The notes below the pieces were generated by a model. It was not told the origin of the DNA and did not search any database. It saw nothing but the letters and a program-made list of their open reading frames with translations. A stretch of DNA of 42,722 nucleotides. Origin: a virus. Of the stretch, positions 8,753 through 17,954 are shown piece after piece (position 1 is the first letter of the stretch; every line of letters begins with the position of its first letter). The stretch is from the IMG/VR virus record IMGVR_UViG_3300048905_000037, positions 1-42,722 of that record, one strand, 5' to 3'. The position numbers and the translations under genes were made by a program.

Positions 8753-9088
8753 TCATGTGACCTGGCGACCACTCACATTGATGGAAATCGTTGCAGCAGT
8801 GGCAATCGTCGAGATGCTTCCGCCCGCTTCCAGTACATGACCGACGACATCGGGAAAGGGCCAGGATGCACCCGGAGCGATGATCTTCGAGAAGGCGTTC
8901 GTCGGGCCGGCAGTGCCGCTCGGCGGGATCAGGTGCACGGTTAGAGTCGCATTGGAGCCGCCGGTATTCACCGCGGTGAACTTGTCGATCAGCGTCTTGA
9001 CCGAGTCAGCGGCGGTGAGCGGGTATTGCACAGTCTCAGTGTCTTCGGCAAACTTCGGCGGGATTAGGTTCTTCGGCGTCGTGGTCAT
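8753..9088 (-). CDS. Hypothetical virion-module protein
   Basis: The ATG at 9088 is preceded by AAGGAG at 7 nt. The ORF track's TTG at 9094 is less likely. No family recognised. Confidence 0.55.
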   Translation of the reverse strand: MTTTPKNLIPPKFAEDTETVQYPLTAADSVKTLIDKFTAVNTGGSNATLTVHLIPPSGTAGPTNAFSKIIAPGASWPFPDVVGHVLEAGGSISTIATAATISINVSGRQVT

Positions 9089-9090
9089 GG

Positions 9091-9690
9091 TCAAACTCCT
9101 TTTGCGATGTTGGCGGCCTTCAGCGCGTTTGCGAGCGCGATGACGGTCGGCAGGTCGGTGGCATTGGCCGGATATGTTGTCGGACTGGTCAGACTGTCAG
9201 CGGTGCCGGCGGTTGCCACGTTCAGGTTCGGCACGCGGGTAGTACTGGCGATGACTAGCGGTGCGGTGCCGGTGGGGACGCTGCTGCTAATCTGATCCGA
9301 CGCAGAAACCTTCTTGAACTTGGCGTCGGCTGCGGTAGTCGCGCCAATCGGTGTATTGTCGATGGTGCCGCCGGTGACTTCGACCTGGTCGTGGTTCTGG
9401 CTGCTGATCGTGCCCAGGTGAGCGCGCGGCGCGGTGTCATCCGGGTCGATGTGCGGTGGTGTCGCTGGTACGGATTCCAGGCGCTCAAGTGCCTCGGCCA
9501 TCAGGGCAACCAGCGACATTGCGCCCTGCGCCACAGTCAACGCCGAGCCGGCCAGAGCGTTTGCCTCATCGATCGTCGCCGGCGTCGCGGCCACGTTGGC
9601 CAGCAGCTTTTCCAAGCCTGCGATGGTCTGCGGGACGTTCTCGGCAATGCGCGCAAGCTGTGTGCGGTCGAGTAGTGGACGATCAGGCAT
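9091..9690 (-). CDS. Tail needle/plug-position protein (P22 gp26 slot), hypothetical
   Basis: 199 aa with a helical N-terminal half and a Thr/Ala/Ser-rich C-terminal half, immediately downstream of the gp10-like gene. Assigned by position only. Confidence 0.4.
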   Translation of the reverse strand: MPDRPLLDRTQLARIAENVPQTIAGLEKLLANVAATPATIDEANALAGSALTVAQGAMSLVALMAEALERLESVPATPPHIDPDDTAPRAHLGTISSQNHDQVEVTGGTIDNTPIGATTAADAKFKKVSASDQISSSVPTGTAPLVIASTTRVPNLNVATAGTADSLTSPTTYPANATDLPTVIALANALKAANIAKGV

Positions 9691-11107
9691 TCAGGGGCTC
9701 CAGTTGGGCTTCCAGGCGCGCGAAGGCCACATGTGCATCGCTCGTGCCTCGGAATCGCTGGATGCGCCACTGCTCCATCGTGCCCTGGCCCATCCATACG
9801 AGGCGTTTGCGGCGGTCGCCCTGCTGGCCGGCGCGTACGCTGCGCTCCATGCTCCAGGTCTCGCCGTCAAGGCTGTACGATGTCCAGACGACCGGATCCG
9901 CGCCGAATGCGACACGACCAGGCAGCCCGACGAGCTCCAACTGGTGGAAGATGGCCCCGAACCCGCCGTTGTAGACGATGCCTGTGCCGAACTCCCAGCC
10001 GATGGTCTGGCCGTAGTGGGTCGACACCGTTTCATCCAACCGACCCAGGGCGCCCGAGGTCGGGTCTGCGCACTGCCATCCGTTGTAGCACCACAGGAAG
10101 TCGCGCGCGCGGTACTGCGCCGGTGCGCCCAGGCCCGAATCGAGCGTGAACCAGACAGGCTCTTGCACTGCGGCCGATGCGGCAGCATCGTAGACCAGGG
10201 TGCGGTCCAGCAGATGGACGTAGAGCAGGGCGTGCGTATCGTTCAGGCGCGTCTCGAGCACGGCTTCAGCCAGTTGCGCCTCGGTGTAGTTTCGGAGTAC
10301 CTTGTCGATTTCGCTGGTCGATATCTTCTGGCTTGCTCCATTGACACCGACCCAGACCGCCGGCGGCTCCACGCTCTGCTTTGTGCGGCCGCCGCCCAGG
10401 AATGCGATCTGGTCGGTGCCATCGACCTTGAACAGGGTTGCAGTATGCGTGCCGATAGCGCCGCGGTTGATCTGCGCGCCGGCCACCCGGGCGAAGGGAT
10501 AGCCAGTGCCGCCGACGTTCTCGAACATCTCAATTGTGAAGCGGTTGACCGAGTAGAACTCGCCGGCGCGCGCCGTCAGGTTGCACTTGATCGGGTCCGG
10601 GTCCGCCTCGCTGCTGCCGTACTTGAGCGGATTCACCGACATCGGGTCGTTCAGGTCAGTGACGACGTTCGAAGTGCCGTCCGTGGTGACGAAATACCCG
10701 TCGCGGAACATCACATCGAGCACCAATCCAATATCGGGATCGATTACCTGTGTCAGGGCGCCGTTCCAGTAGTACAGGTTGCCGCCGCCGGCGATTGCCA
10801 GCCGGTCGAACGAGTAGTCAAAGCTGCAGCGACCAGAGCCGGCGATGGTGCCCAGGACGGTTACGGTGCCGTCGTCGTCCACTCGCACTAAGCTTGAGCC
10901 CTGCACGCGGTAGGAGACGCCGTTCCAGACAATGCCGCCGCGCGCTAAGCCGGGGCCAGTACCGACCTGCACGACACCCTCCGCCGGCCGCAGATAGCCG
11001 TTGCTGATGCCCTGCGCGCGCGGCACAGGCTGCATATTGCGTGGGTACGAGACGCGGAAGTCTGGCGCCTCGCTCGTGTAGATGCCGCTCAGGATGGGTA
11101 TCTGCAT
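9683..11107 (-). CDS. P22 gp10-like tail hub / packaged-DNA stabilisation protein
   Basis: The start MQIPILSGIYTSEAPDFRVSYPRNMQPVPRAQGISNGYLRPAEGV matches the characteristic N-terminus of the phage stabilisation protein family. ATG confirmed at 11105-11107. Confidence 0.75.
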   Translation of the reverse strand: MQIPILSGIYTSEAPDFRVSYPRNMQPVPRAQGISNGYLRPAEGVVQVGTGPGLARGGIVWNGVSYRVQGSSLVRVDDDGTVTVLGTIAGSGRCSFDYSFDRLAIAGGGNLYYWNGALTQVIDPDIGLVLDVMFRDGYFVTTDGTSNVVTDLNDPMSVNPLKYGSSEADPDPIKCNLTARAGEFYSVNRFTIEMFENVGGTGYPFARVAGAQINRGAIGTHTATLFKVDGTDQIAFLGGGRTKQSVEPPAVWVGVNGASQKISTSEIDKVLRNYTEAQLAEAVLETRLNDTHALLYVHLLDRTLVYDAAASAAVQEPVWFTLDSGLGAPAQYRARDFLWCYNGWQCADPTSGALGRLDETVSTHYGQTIGWEFGTGIVYNGGFGAIFHQLELVGLPGRVAFGADPVVWTSYSLDGETWSMERSVRAGQQGDRRKRLVWMGQGTMEQWRIQRFRGTSDAHVAFARLEAQLEPLNA

Positions 11108-11108
11108 G

Positions 11109-11582
11109 TCAGCTCGAAGGTTGAACAGCGAGGCAGCAGAACTGCGCACCTGCAGCACTGCCGCCGAACACGTTGTAATTGGCCAATGCGGTGATCAGCC
11201 CGGTCAGAAGAGCGATACCGGAGAGCGCCGGCAGAATCGAGGAGCGATATCCCTTGATCGTGCAGCCGGTGTAGTTGCCTTGCGCATCTTTGGTCCATGC
11301 CTTCACCTTGAAGACGACCGGTTGTGCGTCGCTCGCCTCGTACAGCAGGCATATAACGGCGGGCATCGCAGCAAACGCGCGCGTGAAAGTGATCGCGGCT
11401 TCGCCATTGGCATCCAAGCTCTGCACGGTCGCGCTCGACAGGCGGGGGTGCTTGTGATCGTCGCGCGCCGCCATACCGCCCGTACCCGCTGCGGGGACGT
11501 TCGCCTCAGGCGGGGGAGCGCCATTCGAGAGTAGCGTTTGCAGCTGCGCCATCGTCGGCGCGCCGCCGAAACCGGAATCCAT
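11109..11582 (-). CDS. Hypothetical virion-module protein
   Basis: The ATG at 11582 overlaps the upstream stop, and the ORF ends 1 nt before the gp10-like start. The C-terminus is hydrophobic. Confidence 0.5.
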   Translation of the reverse strand: MDSGFGGAPTMAQLQTLLSNGAPPPEANVPAAGTGGMAARDDHKHPRLSSATVQSLDANGEAAITFTRAFAAMPAVICLLYEASDAQPVVFKVKAWTKDAQGNYTGCTIKGYRSSILPALSGIALLTGLITALANYNVFGGSAAGAQFCCLAVQPSS

Positions 11583-11899
11583 TACCAACCCTCTCCCGGA
11601 ATCGCCTTGCCCGCCGCGGTGCCGGCGTCCGCCACCACCGCCAGCGTGTCGTGACTGTCCGGCTTGGTGATAGTCGAGGTCTGGCCCGCCATCACGCAAT
11701 AGTCCGACGTGTCCGCCGCGCGCACCGCACTCGTGTTCGCAGAGTTGTAGTGGTAAACGTGCAGATTGCCGCCGCCGGCTGCACAGGTGACGCGCACCTG
11801 CTTTTCTCCTTTGCCGATTGTGACGATCTGGCTGGTCGTGGTGGCCGAAAAGTTCTTATTGCCGCCCTGGCGGGGTGAGAACGGTTGTGCGATGGTCAT
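11582..11899 (-). CDS. Hypothetical virion-module protein
   Basis: 105-codon ORF tightly packed in the late operon. Confidence 0.5.
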   Translation of the reverse strand: MTIAQPFSPRQGGNKNFSATTTSQIVTIGKGEKQVRVTCAAGGGNLHVYHYNSANTSAVRAADTSDYCVMAGQTSTITKPDSHDTLAVVADAGTAAGKAIPGEGW

Positions 11900-11901
11900 G
11901 G

Positions 11902-12348
11902 TCAGATCCGATACCAGATGTTGTTGATGAAGTCGTACTTGAGGCGGAAGGGCAGGGTTGGGCCTGTCGTGGTCGGCGCGCCAGACAGAGCTGCACCGTT
12001 GGCGTTGACTGTCAGCGTGGTCACGGTTTGCGTGACGGTCACGAGAACTTCTTGGCCATGCGCGCGGTCGTCAGTGCCGGGCAGGATCACAGCCAAGTTC
12101 GCCGCCGGCGCGGTCAGCGTCACCTGAGCCCAGACGTTGCCGCCGGGCGTGGCCGGCAGGACCGTTACCGAACTGGCGTTGAGACTGTAGACGGTTTCGT
12201 CCGGCGTTCCCTCGATGGCCTGCTGCGTGTACTGCGCGATCTGGGCCGCCGTGACTTTTCGGGTGCTGCCGTTTTCCTTCGAGAAGATGGCGAGTTCGTC
12301 AGCATCTGCGATGTCTCCAGACTGGAATAATTGGTCGATGTTCGGCAT
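11902..12348 (-). CDS. Hypothetical virion-module protein
   Basis: The ATG at 12348 lies 2 nt after the gp4-like stop (MPNIDQLFQSGD...). Confidence 0.5.
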   Translation of the reverse strand: MPNIDQLFQSGDIADADELAIFSKENGSTRKVTAAQIAQYTQQAIEGTPDETVYSLNASSVTVLPATPGGNVWAQVTLTAPAANLAVILPGTDDRAHGQEVLVTVTQTVTTLTVNANGAALSGAPTTTGPTLPFRLKYDFINNIWYRI

Positions 12349-12350
12349 GA

Positions 12351-12833
12351 TCAGCTCACGGTGATGGCGTCGCCGCTGTCCGTCTGCAGCGTATCGGCCG
12401 GGCCAGGGAAGAACGGCTGGCGGTAGCGCCACGGCTTGTTGCCTGCGCCGACCGGCATCGTGTTAGGCATCGGGACCGGGCGGGCAGCCGCACGGGCAGC
12501 GTCACCGAGCAAGCGGTCATAGCCTTGCTTGGCTCGCAGGAGGGTGGCCGGCGTCAGCGTCTTGCCGCGACTGGCCGCGAGCTTCACCGCCAGGTTCATG
12601 TACACGGCTTCGACAGCACTGTCAGGGATGCCCGTGGCGTCATCGAGGCTGGAGTCATCCGGATTGGCCGGCAGCAGATAGCCGAGCGAGATGCCGACGG
12701 CGCCCCACGCGGCCATCATGGTGTCGAGGTTGCGCAGTGCGTTCTCAAGCAACTCCGGGCTGATGTCGTACACATAGCCGGCGAGCGCCAGTTCGGCGTA
12801 GGCCTGCTCGATGATCTGCTGCTTGGTCCACAT
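12351..12833 (-). CDS. P22 gp4-like head-to-tail adaptor (tail accessory factor)
   Basis: Segments LRNLDTMMAAW, PNTMPVGAGNK and FFPGP parallel the P22 gp4 segments LEAMMAEW, MPTGSGN and YFPG. Confidence 0.7.
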   Translation of the reverse strand: MWTKQQIIEQAYAELALAGYVYDISPELLENALRNLDTMMAAWGAVGISLGYLLPANPDDSSLDDATGIPDSAVEAVYMNLAVKLAASRGKTLTPATLLRAKQGYDRLLGDAARAAARPVPMPNTMPVGAGNKPWRYRQPFFPGPADTLQTDSGDAITVS

Positions 12834-12835
12834 GG

Positions 12836-13159
12836 TCAGCCCTTCGCCAGCGCGGCTTCGATACGCTCGGCCAGCTTCACGTCGCCCAGGCGCGGCGAGA
12901 ACTCGACGCCCAGCTCATTGGCCTTCTGCTCGAGCTCGGCGCGGGTCGGCGGGGCGTTCTCGTCTGGCTGAACTCCGGCGGCGTCTGTACTTGCGGCCGG
13001 GGTTAGGGCAGCGCGCGCCTCGTCGGTCGTCAGGTGCCAGCCGTCCGCCAGCATGCTGGCCAGCTCCTCGGCATCTTCAGCGATCAGGTAATCGAAGTGC
13101 CCGCCGTGCATCTCTTCTTTGCCGCCGGCGCGGTAGACCATACGTGGAAAATCGGACAT
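12836..13159 (-). CDS. Hypothetical protein
   Basis: 107-codon ORF, ATG confirmed, acidic. Confidence 0.5.
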   Translation of the reverse strand: MSDFPRMVYRAGGKEEMHGGHFDYLIAEDAEELASMLADGWHLTTDEARAALTPAASTDAAGVQPDENAPPTRAELEQKANELGVEFSPRLGDVKLAERIEAALAKG

Positions 13160-13170
13160 GCTTTTTCTCC

Positions 13171-13665
13171 TTAGTTTGAGTAATGGACTGCTTTGAATTT
13201 AAAGTCGCGCGGTAGGATGTTGAAGCGCACGGACAGACTGATAACGGGCGGCGTCGCAGCGGTGACCGCGAGTGCCCAGGTATCACTCTGCTCGGTGGCC
13301 GCCAGCGCAGCACGGTTCGTGAGGCGGCCGGCCAAGGTCATGCTGTCGCCGCCCTCAGTCCAGGCGATAGCAGTCGTGTTGCCCGTCTGCTGCTGGCTGT
13401 CGACGTTGCCGATCAGGGATGCAGAGTCGGAATCTTCGGCCCATGACACAGTAGCGCGATCTGTCGCTGTGACGGCGATCGTGCCAACGTCACTTGCCTC
13501 AGTCCAAGCCAGCGCGGCGCGGTTGATGGCAGCGGCAGAGATCGCACCAACGTCTCCAGCTTCGCTCCACGCCAAGACGGCGAAAATAGATGTAGGTGTA
13601 GCGGCAGCTGGCGTTGATCCCAAGCCAAGCGGGCGCAAGCCAAGTGGAGACAGACCGATGCTCAA
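13171..13665 (-). CDS. Hypothetical protein with about five tandem ~21-aa repeats (AWxExxD...)
   Basis: The TTG start abuts the upstream TAA. Repeats include AVLAWSEAGDVGAISAAAINRA, ALAWTEASDVGTIAVTATDRA and AIAWTEGGDSMTLAGRLTNRA. Confidence 0.5.
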   Translation of the reverse strand: MSIGLSPLGLRPLGLGSTPAAATPTSIFAVLAWSEAGDVGAISAAAINRAALAWTEASDVGTIAVTATDRATVSWAEDSDSASLIGNVDSQQQTGNTTAIAWTEGGDSMTLAGRLTNRAALAATEQSDTWALAVTAATPPVISLSVRFNILPRDFKFKAVHYSN

Positions 13666-14130
13666 TTAACCCTCCGGCCAGCCAGTCTTGACATCGTAGG
13701 TGGCAACTGCCGCGAACGTGGAAAGAGAACGTAGATTAGCTTCGTGAATGTCCGAGGCAGAGCGGATCGCCTTGGCCCGCAACCAAGCCGCGCGCATTGC
13801 CTCGATTTCTGCAAGCTCGGCGCCTGTCAGTGCTCTGGTAAAGCGAGCTTCGTTCAGCTCATTGAGGCGAGCGTTGTAGTTCGACTGCTTCCACTCCGGC
13901 AGAAATGCAAGGATCTTCTGTCGCGCCAATTCCTTGACGACTGGAATAAGCGGTGCGACAGCTTGCGTTACCGTGAAATTATCAATGATGACCTGGGCTG
14001 CAACTGCATCGCTCGCATACCAAGTGCCATTTTGGCATTCAATAGCAATGCCTGCTGCGGCCACGGCTTCAGCAAGTCCTGGATAAACGCCCGGACCCAT
14101 GTAGATGCGATGGTTGTTGTCGTAGATCAT
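13666..14130 (-). CDS. Hypothetical protein
   Basis: The ATG at 14130 overlaps the upstream stop (ATGA). The longer ORF-track N-terminus is Arg/Cys-rich junk. Confidence 0.5.
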   Translation of the reverse strand: MIYDNNHRIYMGPGVYPGLAEAVAAAGIAIECQNGTWYASDAVAAQVIIDNFTVTQAVAPLIPVVKELARQKILAFLPEWKQSNYNARLNELNEARFTRALTGAELAEIEAMRAAWLRAKAIRSASDIHEANLRSLSTFAAVATYDVKTGWPEG

Positions 14131-15041
14131 TTTATGTAAATGACATATTGACCACCAGCACTGCGCGTGTTCGCGCTGCCTGGCGAATCGCCAACCGAAG
14201 GCGCAGCACCGTAGGTCGCACTCTTGTTGAAGAACATGACGTCTCGGTCGCCGCTGGAACCCATGCCGGAATGACCCGCGACAGTGGCAGAAGTCAAAAC
14301 GACTGCCGCATCGGCCTGGATCATGAAGTAGTACCACCCAGGCGACAGGAAGAACGGCGTACCAAGCGTAATCGTCTTAATGCCGGTCGCCGTGTTGACG
14401 CCGATCTGCGATGCACTGGTGAACTCGGTAATAAGGTTCCCAGGAAGGCCATCCGCGCCCCACTCGTAAACCGAAATGCGCACATTTCCGGTCGTGGTGA
14501 CAGACGCCGCCTTCACCCCGATGGAGGTGATGCGCTTTCCGTACGCATATTCAGAGCCAATATAGACCCTGTTCCCGGCAGTCATCGTCATGGTCCCGAC
14601 ATTGCTGTCAAGTTGAATGCGCGTGTTCGCCGGGGTATACGTCTCGCCAACAACACCTGACAGCGAATTAACAAGCGGCAGAGCAGGGCGTTGCGTGACG
14701 GTTGACGCGCCCAGAATGATGTCGATGTTCGCAGCGGTTGCGCTGAGCGTGAGCGTCGAAGGGCTGGCTGTGTTATAGCCGGTTCCGGCAATCCACGTCG
14801 TTGCCACCTCGTCGCGCGTCAGCACATTGGTCGACAGGTTCAGCAGCCCGCGCCCACGTTCAGCCTGCGATAGCTGGGCTTTTGTGCCATCTGTGTACTC
14901 GGCGATCTCATAAGAGACTCGTCGAGTACCACTGGTCCCGAATGCATCGGTGGGCTGCGGGAAACCGGTCACGCCAGCAAGCGTGATCGTGCCGGAGCCA
15001 CCTGTGCCGTTGTGGGTACAGCGGACGAAATCAGCAAGCAT
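14127..15041 (-). CDS. Hypothetical virion-module protein (304 aa)
   Basis: Strong SD AGGGAGG upstream. The composition is Thr/Gly/Ser-rich and beta-like. Confidence 0.55.
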   Translation of the reverse strand: MLADFVRCTHNGTGGSGTITLAGVTGFPQPTDAFGTSGTRRVSYEIAEYTDGTKAQLSQAERGRGLLNLSTNVLTRDEVATTWIAGTGYNTASPSTLTLSATAANIDIILGASTVTQRPALPLVNSLSGVVGETYTPANTRIQLDSNVGTMTMTAGNRVYIGSEYAYGKRITSIGVKAASVTTTGNVRISVYEWGADGLPGNLITEFTSASQIGVNTATGIKTITLGTPFFLSPGWYYFMIQADAAVVLTSATVAGHSGMGSSGDRDVMFFNKSATYGAAPSVGDSPGSANTRSAGGQYVIYIK

Positions 15042-15068
15042 TGGCGCCTCCCTTATCTGCTCGATTGA

Positions 15069-15449
15069 TCACGGATTCCCGCCAGTAATCGACCAGCTGG
15101 TGACGGAAACCTGCAGGCCCGACGTGATCGTGCTTGTGTTCAGCGTCATCTCCGTTCCGACACTGCCGTCCATCACGAAAGTGTTATCCGACTTGGTAAC
15201 GCGGAACCAGGTTGCCGTGCCAGATGCCGAGGCATTGACCGCAGCCGGCAAAGTGGGTGACTGAACGCCACCAGACGATGCTGGTGCAAACGGAGAGCCG
15301 AGTGTGAAGGTGGCAAGCACGTTGGTAGCCGTGCCGCCGGTGGCCGGGCGCGTGCCGTCGTAGATGACCAGCTTCCCCGCATTGCCGATGATCGTCGCGT
15401 TGGCGTCGAGCTTCGCATTGCGCAGAGCTGTCGAATATCCTGATGCCAT
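15069..15449 (-). CDS. Hypothetical protein downstream of coat (possible decoration or accessory protein)
   Basis: Strong SD AAGGAG 5 nt upstream. It is the first gene after the coat terminator. Confidence 0.55.
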   Translation of the reverse strand: MASGYSTALRNAKLDANATIIGNAGKLVIYDGTRPATGGTATNVLATFTLGSPFAPASSGGVQSPTLPAAVNASASGTATWFRVTKSDNTFVMDGSVGTEMTLNTSTITSGLQVSVTSWSITGGNP

Positions 15450-15466
15450 GTTGGCTCCTTGAAGCT

Positions 15467-15493
15467 AAAAAAGGCCCGCTACTTGAGCGGGCC
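15467..15493 (-). terminator. Rho-independent terminator after the coat gene
   Basis: The minus strand reads GGCCCGCT-caagt-AGCGGGCC followed by TTTTTT. It lies 40 nt downstream of the coat stop. Confidence 0.8.
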
Positions 15494-15532
15494 GTGAAGC
15501 CCGGTTACCCGGACGGAGGAGACAACGACAGA

Positions 15533-16807
15533 TTAGGTCTGGCTGAACAGCTCGATGCCGGACATCTGCGGCTGCAGGTTGACCAGGCCGTAGAACACGT
15601 CCCAGCGGTACTTGGTCGACAGGTCGCCGATCGCACCCTGGCGTGCCATGGTCACGGTGATGCCGTTGTCGGTGGTGGCCGACATGGTGGCCATGCCCGA
15701 ATCCGGCGCCGGCTGGTACTTACCCGGGATGATCTCGAAGGCCTCGTCCTGCCAGAAGGGCGCAACCACGCTGGTGACGGTGTTCAGCCAGCTGATCGCG
15801 GCGCCGTTGGCCGGGGTGGCAGTGACGTTCTTGTACTGCAGTTCCGGATCGGTCGGCGACGAATCGGCGGCGATGATCGGCGGCGAGATGGTGATCACGC
15901 CCGAGCCGCCGGCACCCGACACGATGGCGGTCACGCGGAAGGTTTTCAGGCTGCCTGTGTCGGCCTTGGTGATGTGATGCACTTCGTTGACGCCGGCGAT
16001 AGTGAAGGCGTCGCCGACCTTCACGGTGCCCGAGGTCACGGCGATGGTCAGGTTCTGGAAGCGGTTGTCGACGTTCGAGATTTCGCCGGTGGCCGCAGTC
16101 GAAGTCGCCTTCGGTACGTAACGCTGGTTTCCGCCGTTGACGGTCACTGTGACACCAGCAGCCGCAGCCAGGCGGTAACCATAGTCCAGCTTGTAGGTAT
16201 CGAAGTTGGCGATGGTGCCGACAGCAGCTTTCTCGTACGCGGTCAGGGTCTTGCCGTTCAGGGTCTGACGCTGGGCCAGATTCGACGCCATCGAGTTGTA
16301 ATGGTTGCTCGGCAAGGTCAGCTTGCGGCCGTCCATCTGCACGCCCATGCGGTTGAACGCGTCGTCGATGGCTGCGACGTCGTCGAAGCCTGAGGCGGCG
16401 GCGGTGCGCTTCACGACCACGGTGCCGGTCAGGGCGGCCAGGTTCGAGCAGTCGACGTTGATGTCGGAAGCCAGGCGCTGCATTGCGGCCTTACCCAGGC
16501 GCTGCTCTTGGAGGGCGTCGCGCAGTTCGGTTGCCGACAGGGTCAGCGGGACCGAGTGGCTGTAGCCAAGCGATGCCGGAACCGACAGCTGGGTATAGTT
16601 GCGGTTGAAGTTCGAAGACTGGTCGATACCGGTGAACGACTGTGCAACGTACGGCATCGGGCGCCAGAAGGTGTTGCCCGCGCGTTCGGCTTCGGTGCCG
16701 TCGAAGGTCTGCTTCTTGAACAGCTTGGAAATGATCCCGGCGTCCTGGAAACCTTCCAGAGCGAGGTCGAACGCTACTTTTTCTTCTTTGCTGAAGTTAT
16801 TGGCCAT
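15533..16807 (-). CDS. Major capsid protein, P22 coat (gp5) family
   Basis: VDNRFQNLTIAVTSGTVKVGDAFTIAGV parallels P22 [27 protein letters not shown]. The size (424 aa) and the position after the scaffold gene fit. Confidence 0.9.
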   Translation of the reverse strand: MANNFSKEEKVAFDLALEGFQDAGIISKLFKKQTFDGTEAERAGNTFWRPMPYVAQSFTGIDQSSNFNRNYTQLSVPASLGYSHSVPLTLSATELRDALQEQRLGKAAMQRLASDINVDCSNLAALTGTVVVKRTAAASGFDDVAAIDDAFNRMGVQMDGRKLTLPSNHYNSMASNLAQRQTLNGKTLTAYEKAAVGTIANFDTYKLDYGYRLAAAAGVTVTVNGGNQRYVPKATSTAATGEISNVDNRFQNLTIAVTSGTVKVGDAFTIAGVNEVHHITKADTGSLKTFRVTAIVSGAGGSGVITISPPIIAADSSPTDPELQYKNVTATPANGAAISWLNTVTSVVAPFWQDEAFEIIPGKYQPAPDSGMATMSATTDNGITVTMARQGAIGDLSTKYRWDVFYGLVNLQPQMSGIELFSQT

Positions 16808-16962
16808 GATGGCTCCATAGAAAACGATTGAGGAAATTGCGGTCGATGCCGCTTGCTACTTCGCTCATCCGTTTCCGGCCGGACGGTGGCCCTTTTACTG
16901 CAGCTGCCCTTAGGTGGGCGAATCCTTGGTGACCTCGTTTGACGCAGAGGCCTCGCGGCTGC

Positions 16963-17874
16963 TTATGCTGCTTTTGCTGCTTTTTCTCGCTGCTGACGGC
17001 GGTATGCCGCGATCTTAGAACGATCGCCGGTGCGGTCGGCTTCTTCTTCCAGCTTGGCCAGCGTGTTATCGATGCTGGTCGCGCCGGTCGTGCCGCGCAC
17101 CTGGCGTTCCGGCGCCGGCGGCTGCTTCTTCGATTGAACTTTCAATTGGCCCACCAGTTCGGCGACGGCGAAGGCATACTTCACCGGGTTCGAGATTGCG
17201 GCCAGCTCCTTGAGCTTCGCCGGGTTGCGGCCGAGGGCCGTCACCAGTTGCGCCGACACTTCGGCGGTCTTAGGGCCATCGACCAGGATGTTTTGCTGGA
17301 TCGGGCTGAGGGTGGCCAGCACGACCGATTCGGCGTCTTCGAAGCCTGCCGCCTTCAGGGAAGCGCCGGCAGCGCGGTAGGCGCTGACCTTGCCTTGCCA
17401 TGCAGCGTGCTCGGCCTCCTGAGCTTGGCGTGCAGCCGCGGCTTTCGCATCGGCAGCGCGCTTGCGCTCGGTCCATGCCAGCTTCGCGTCGGCGTAGGCT
17501 TCAGCGTCGTAGTCGCAGCTTTCCAGCGTCGGCATCTCGCCGACCGGATCTTCCTTGGCCTGATTCGCCGCTTCACGCTGGGTCTTCTCGGCTTCCAGTT
17601 CGCGATTGCGGCGCTTCAGCTCCTTGGCTTCCTTGCGCAGCTCCTTCACCCAACCCGGGGCAGGCTTGCCCTCGATTTCATCCTCGTTCGCCGCCTCGGC
17701 TTCGTCACCGAAGCTGATGACAACTTCATCAGCAGATTCTGCGGCGGCAGCATCGTCGGCCTGCGTCTCCGCTGCCTGACTTTCTGCCGCCGCTTCGTCG
17801 CCTTGCGGCTGCTCGATGTGCTGGTCCTGCTGCTCTTGCTGCTGGTCCTGCTGCTGATCGTCGAGTTCGTCCAT
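16963..17874 (-). CDS. Scaffolding protein
   Basis: 303 aa with a very acidic, Gln-rich N-terminus and a long helical, charged body. It lies between portal and coat. Confidence 0.7.
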   Translation of the reverse strand: MDELDDQQQDQQQEQQDQHIEQPQGDEAAAESQAAETQADDAAAAESADEVVISFGDEAEAANEDEIEGKPAPGWVKELRKEAKELKRRNRELEAEKTQREAANQAKEDPVGEMPTLESCDYDAEAYADAKLAWTERKRAADAKAAAARQAQEAEHAAWQGKVSAYRAAGASLKAAGFEDAESVVLATLSPIQQNILVDGPKTAEVSAQLVTALGRNPAKLKELAAISNPVKYAFAVAELVGQLKVQSKKQPPAPERQVRGTTGATSIDNTLAKLEEEADRTGDRSKIAAYRRQQREKAAKAA

Positions 17875-17925
17875 TGGTATCCTGATTTTTACTCACCGAT
17901 AGGCCGGTGGATGCCGATGAGCAAA

Positions 17926-17954
17926 ATGATAGGAGGAAACTATTACTGCTGCAA
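17926..17954 (-). promoter_or_regulatory. Promoter-like motif TTGCAG-17 nt-TATCAT on the minus strand upstream of the scaffold gene
   Basis: It lies in a 130-nt AT-rich portal-scaffold gap. A 7-bp inverted repeat, AAACTAT/ATAGTTT (17937-17962), overlaps it. Confidence 0.25.

Noticed and set aside
9434-10891. Long plus-strand ORF (485 aa) antisense to the gp10-like gene. Similar long antisense ORFs occur at 16939-17964, 18110-19291, 20195-22162, 23781-25040, 15443-16393 and 32707-33546.
   Set aside because: They are typical high-GC shadow ORFs. They are Arg/Ala/Gly/Pro-rich with no motifs and no SD. Each lies opposite a gene with clear family motifs and operon-consistent coupling.
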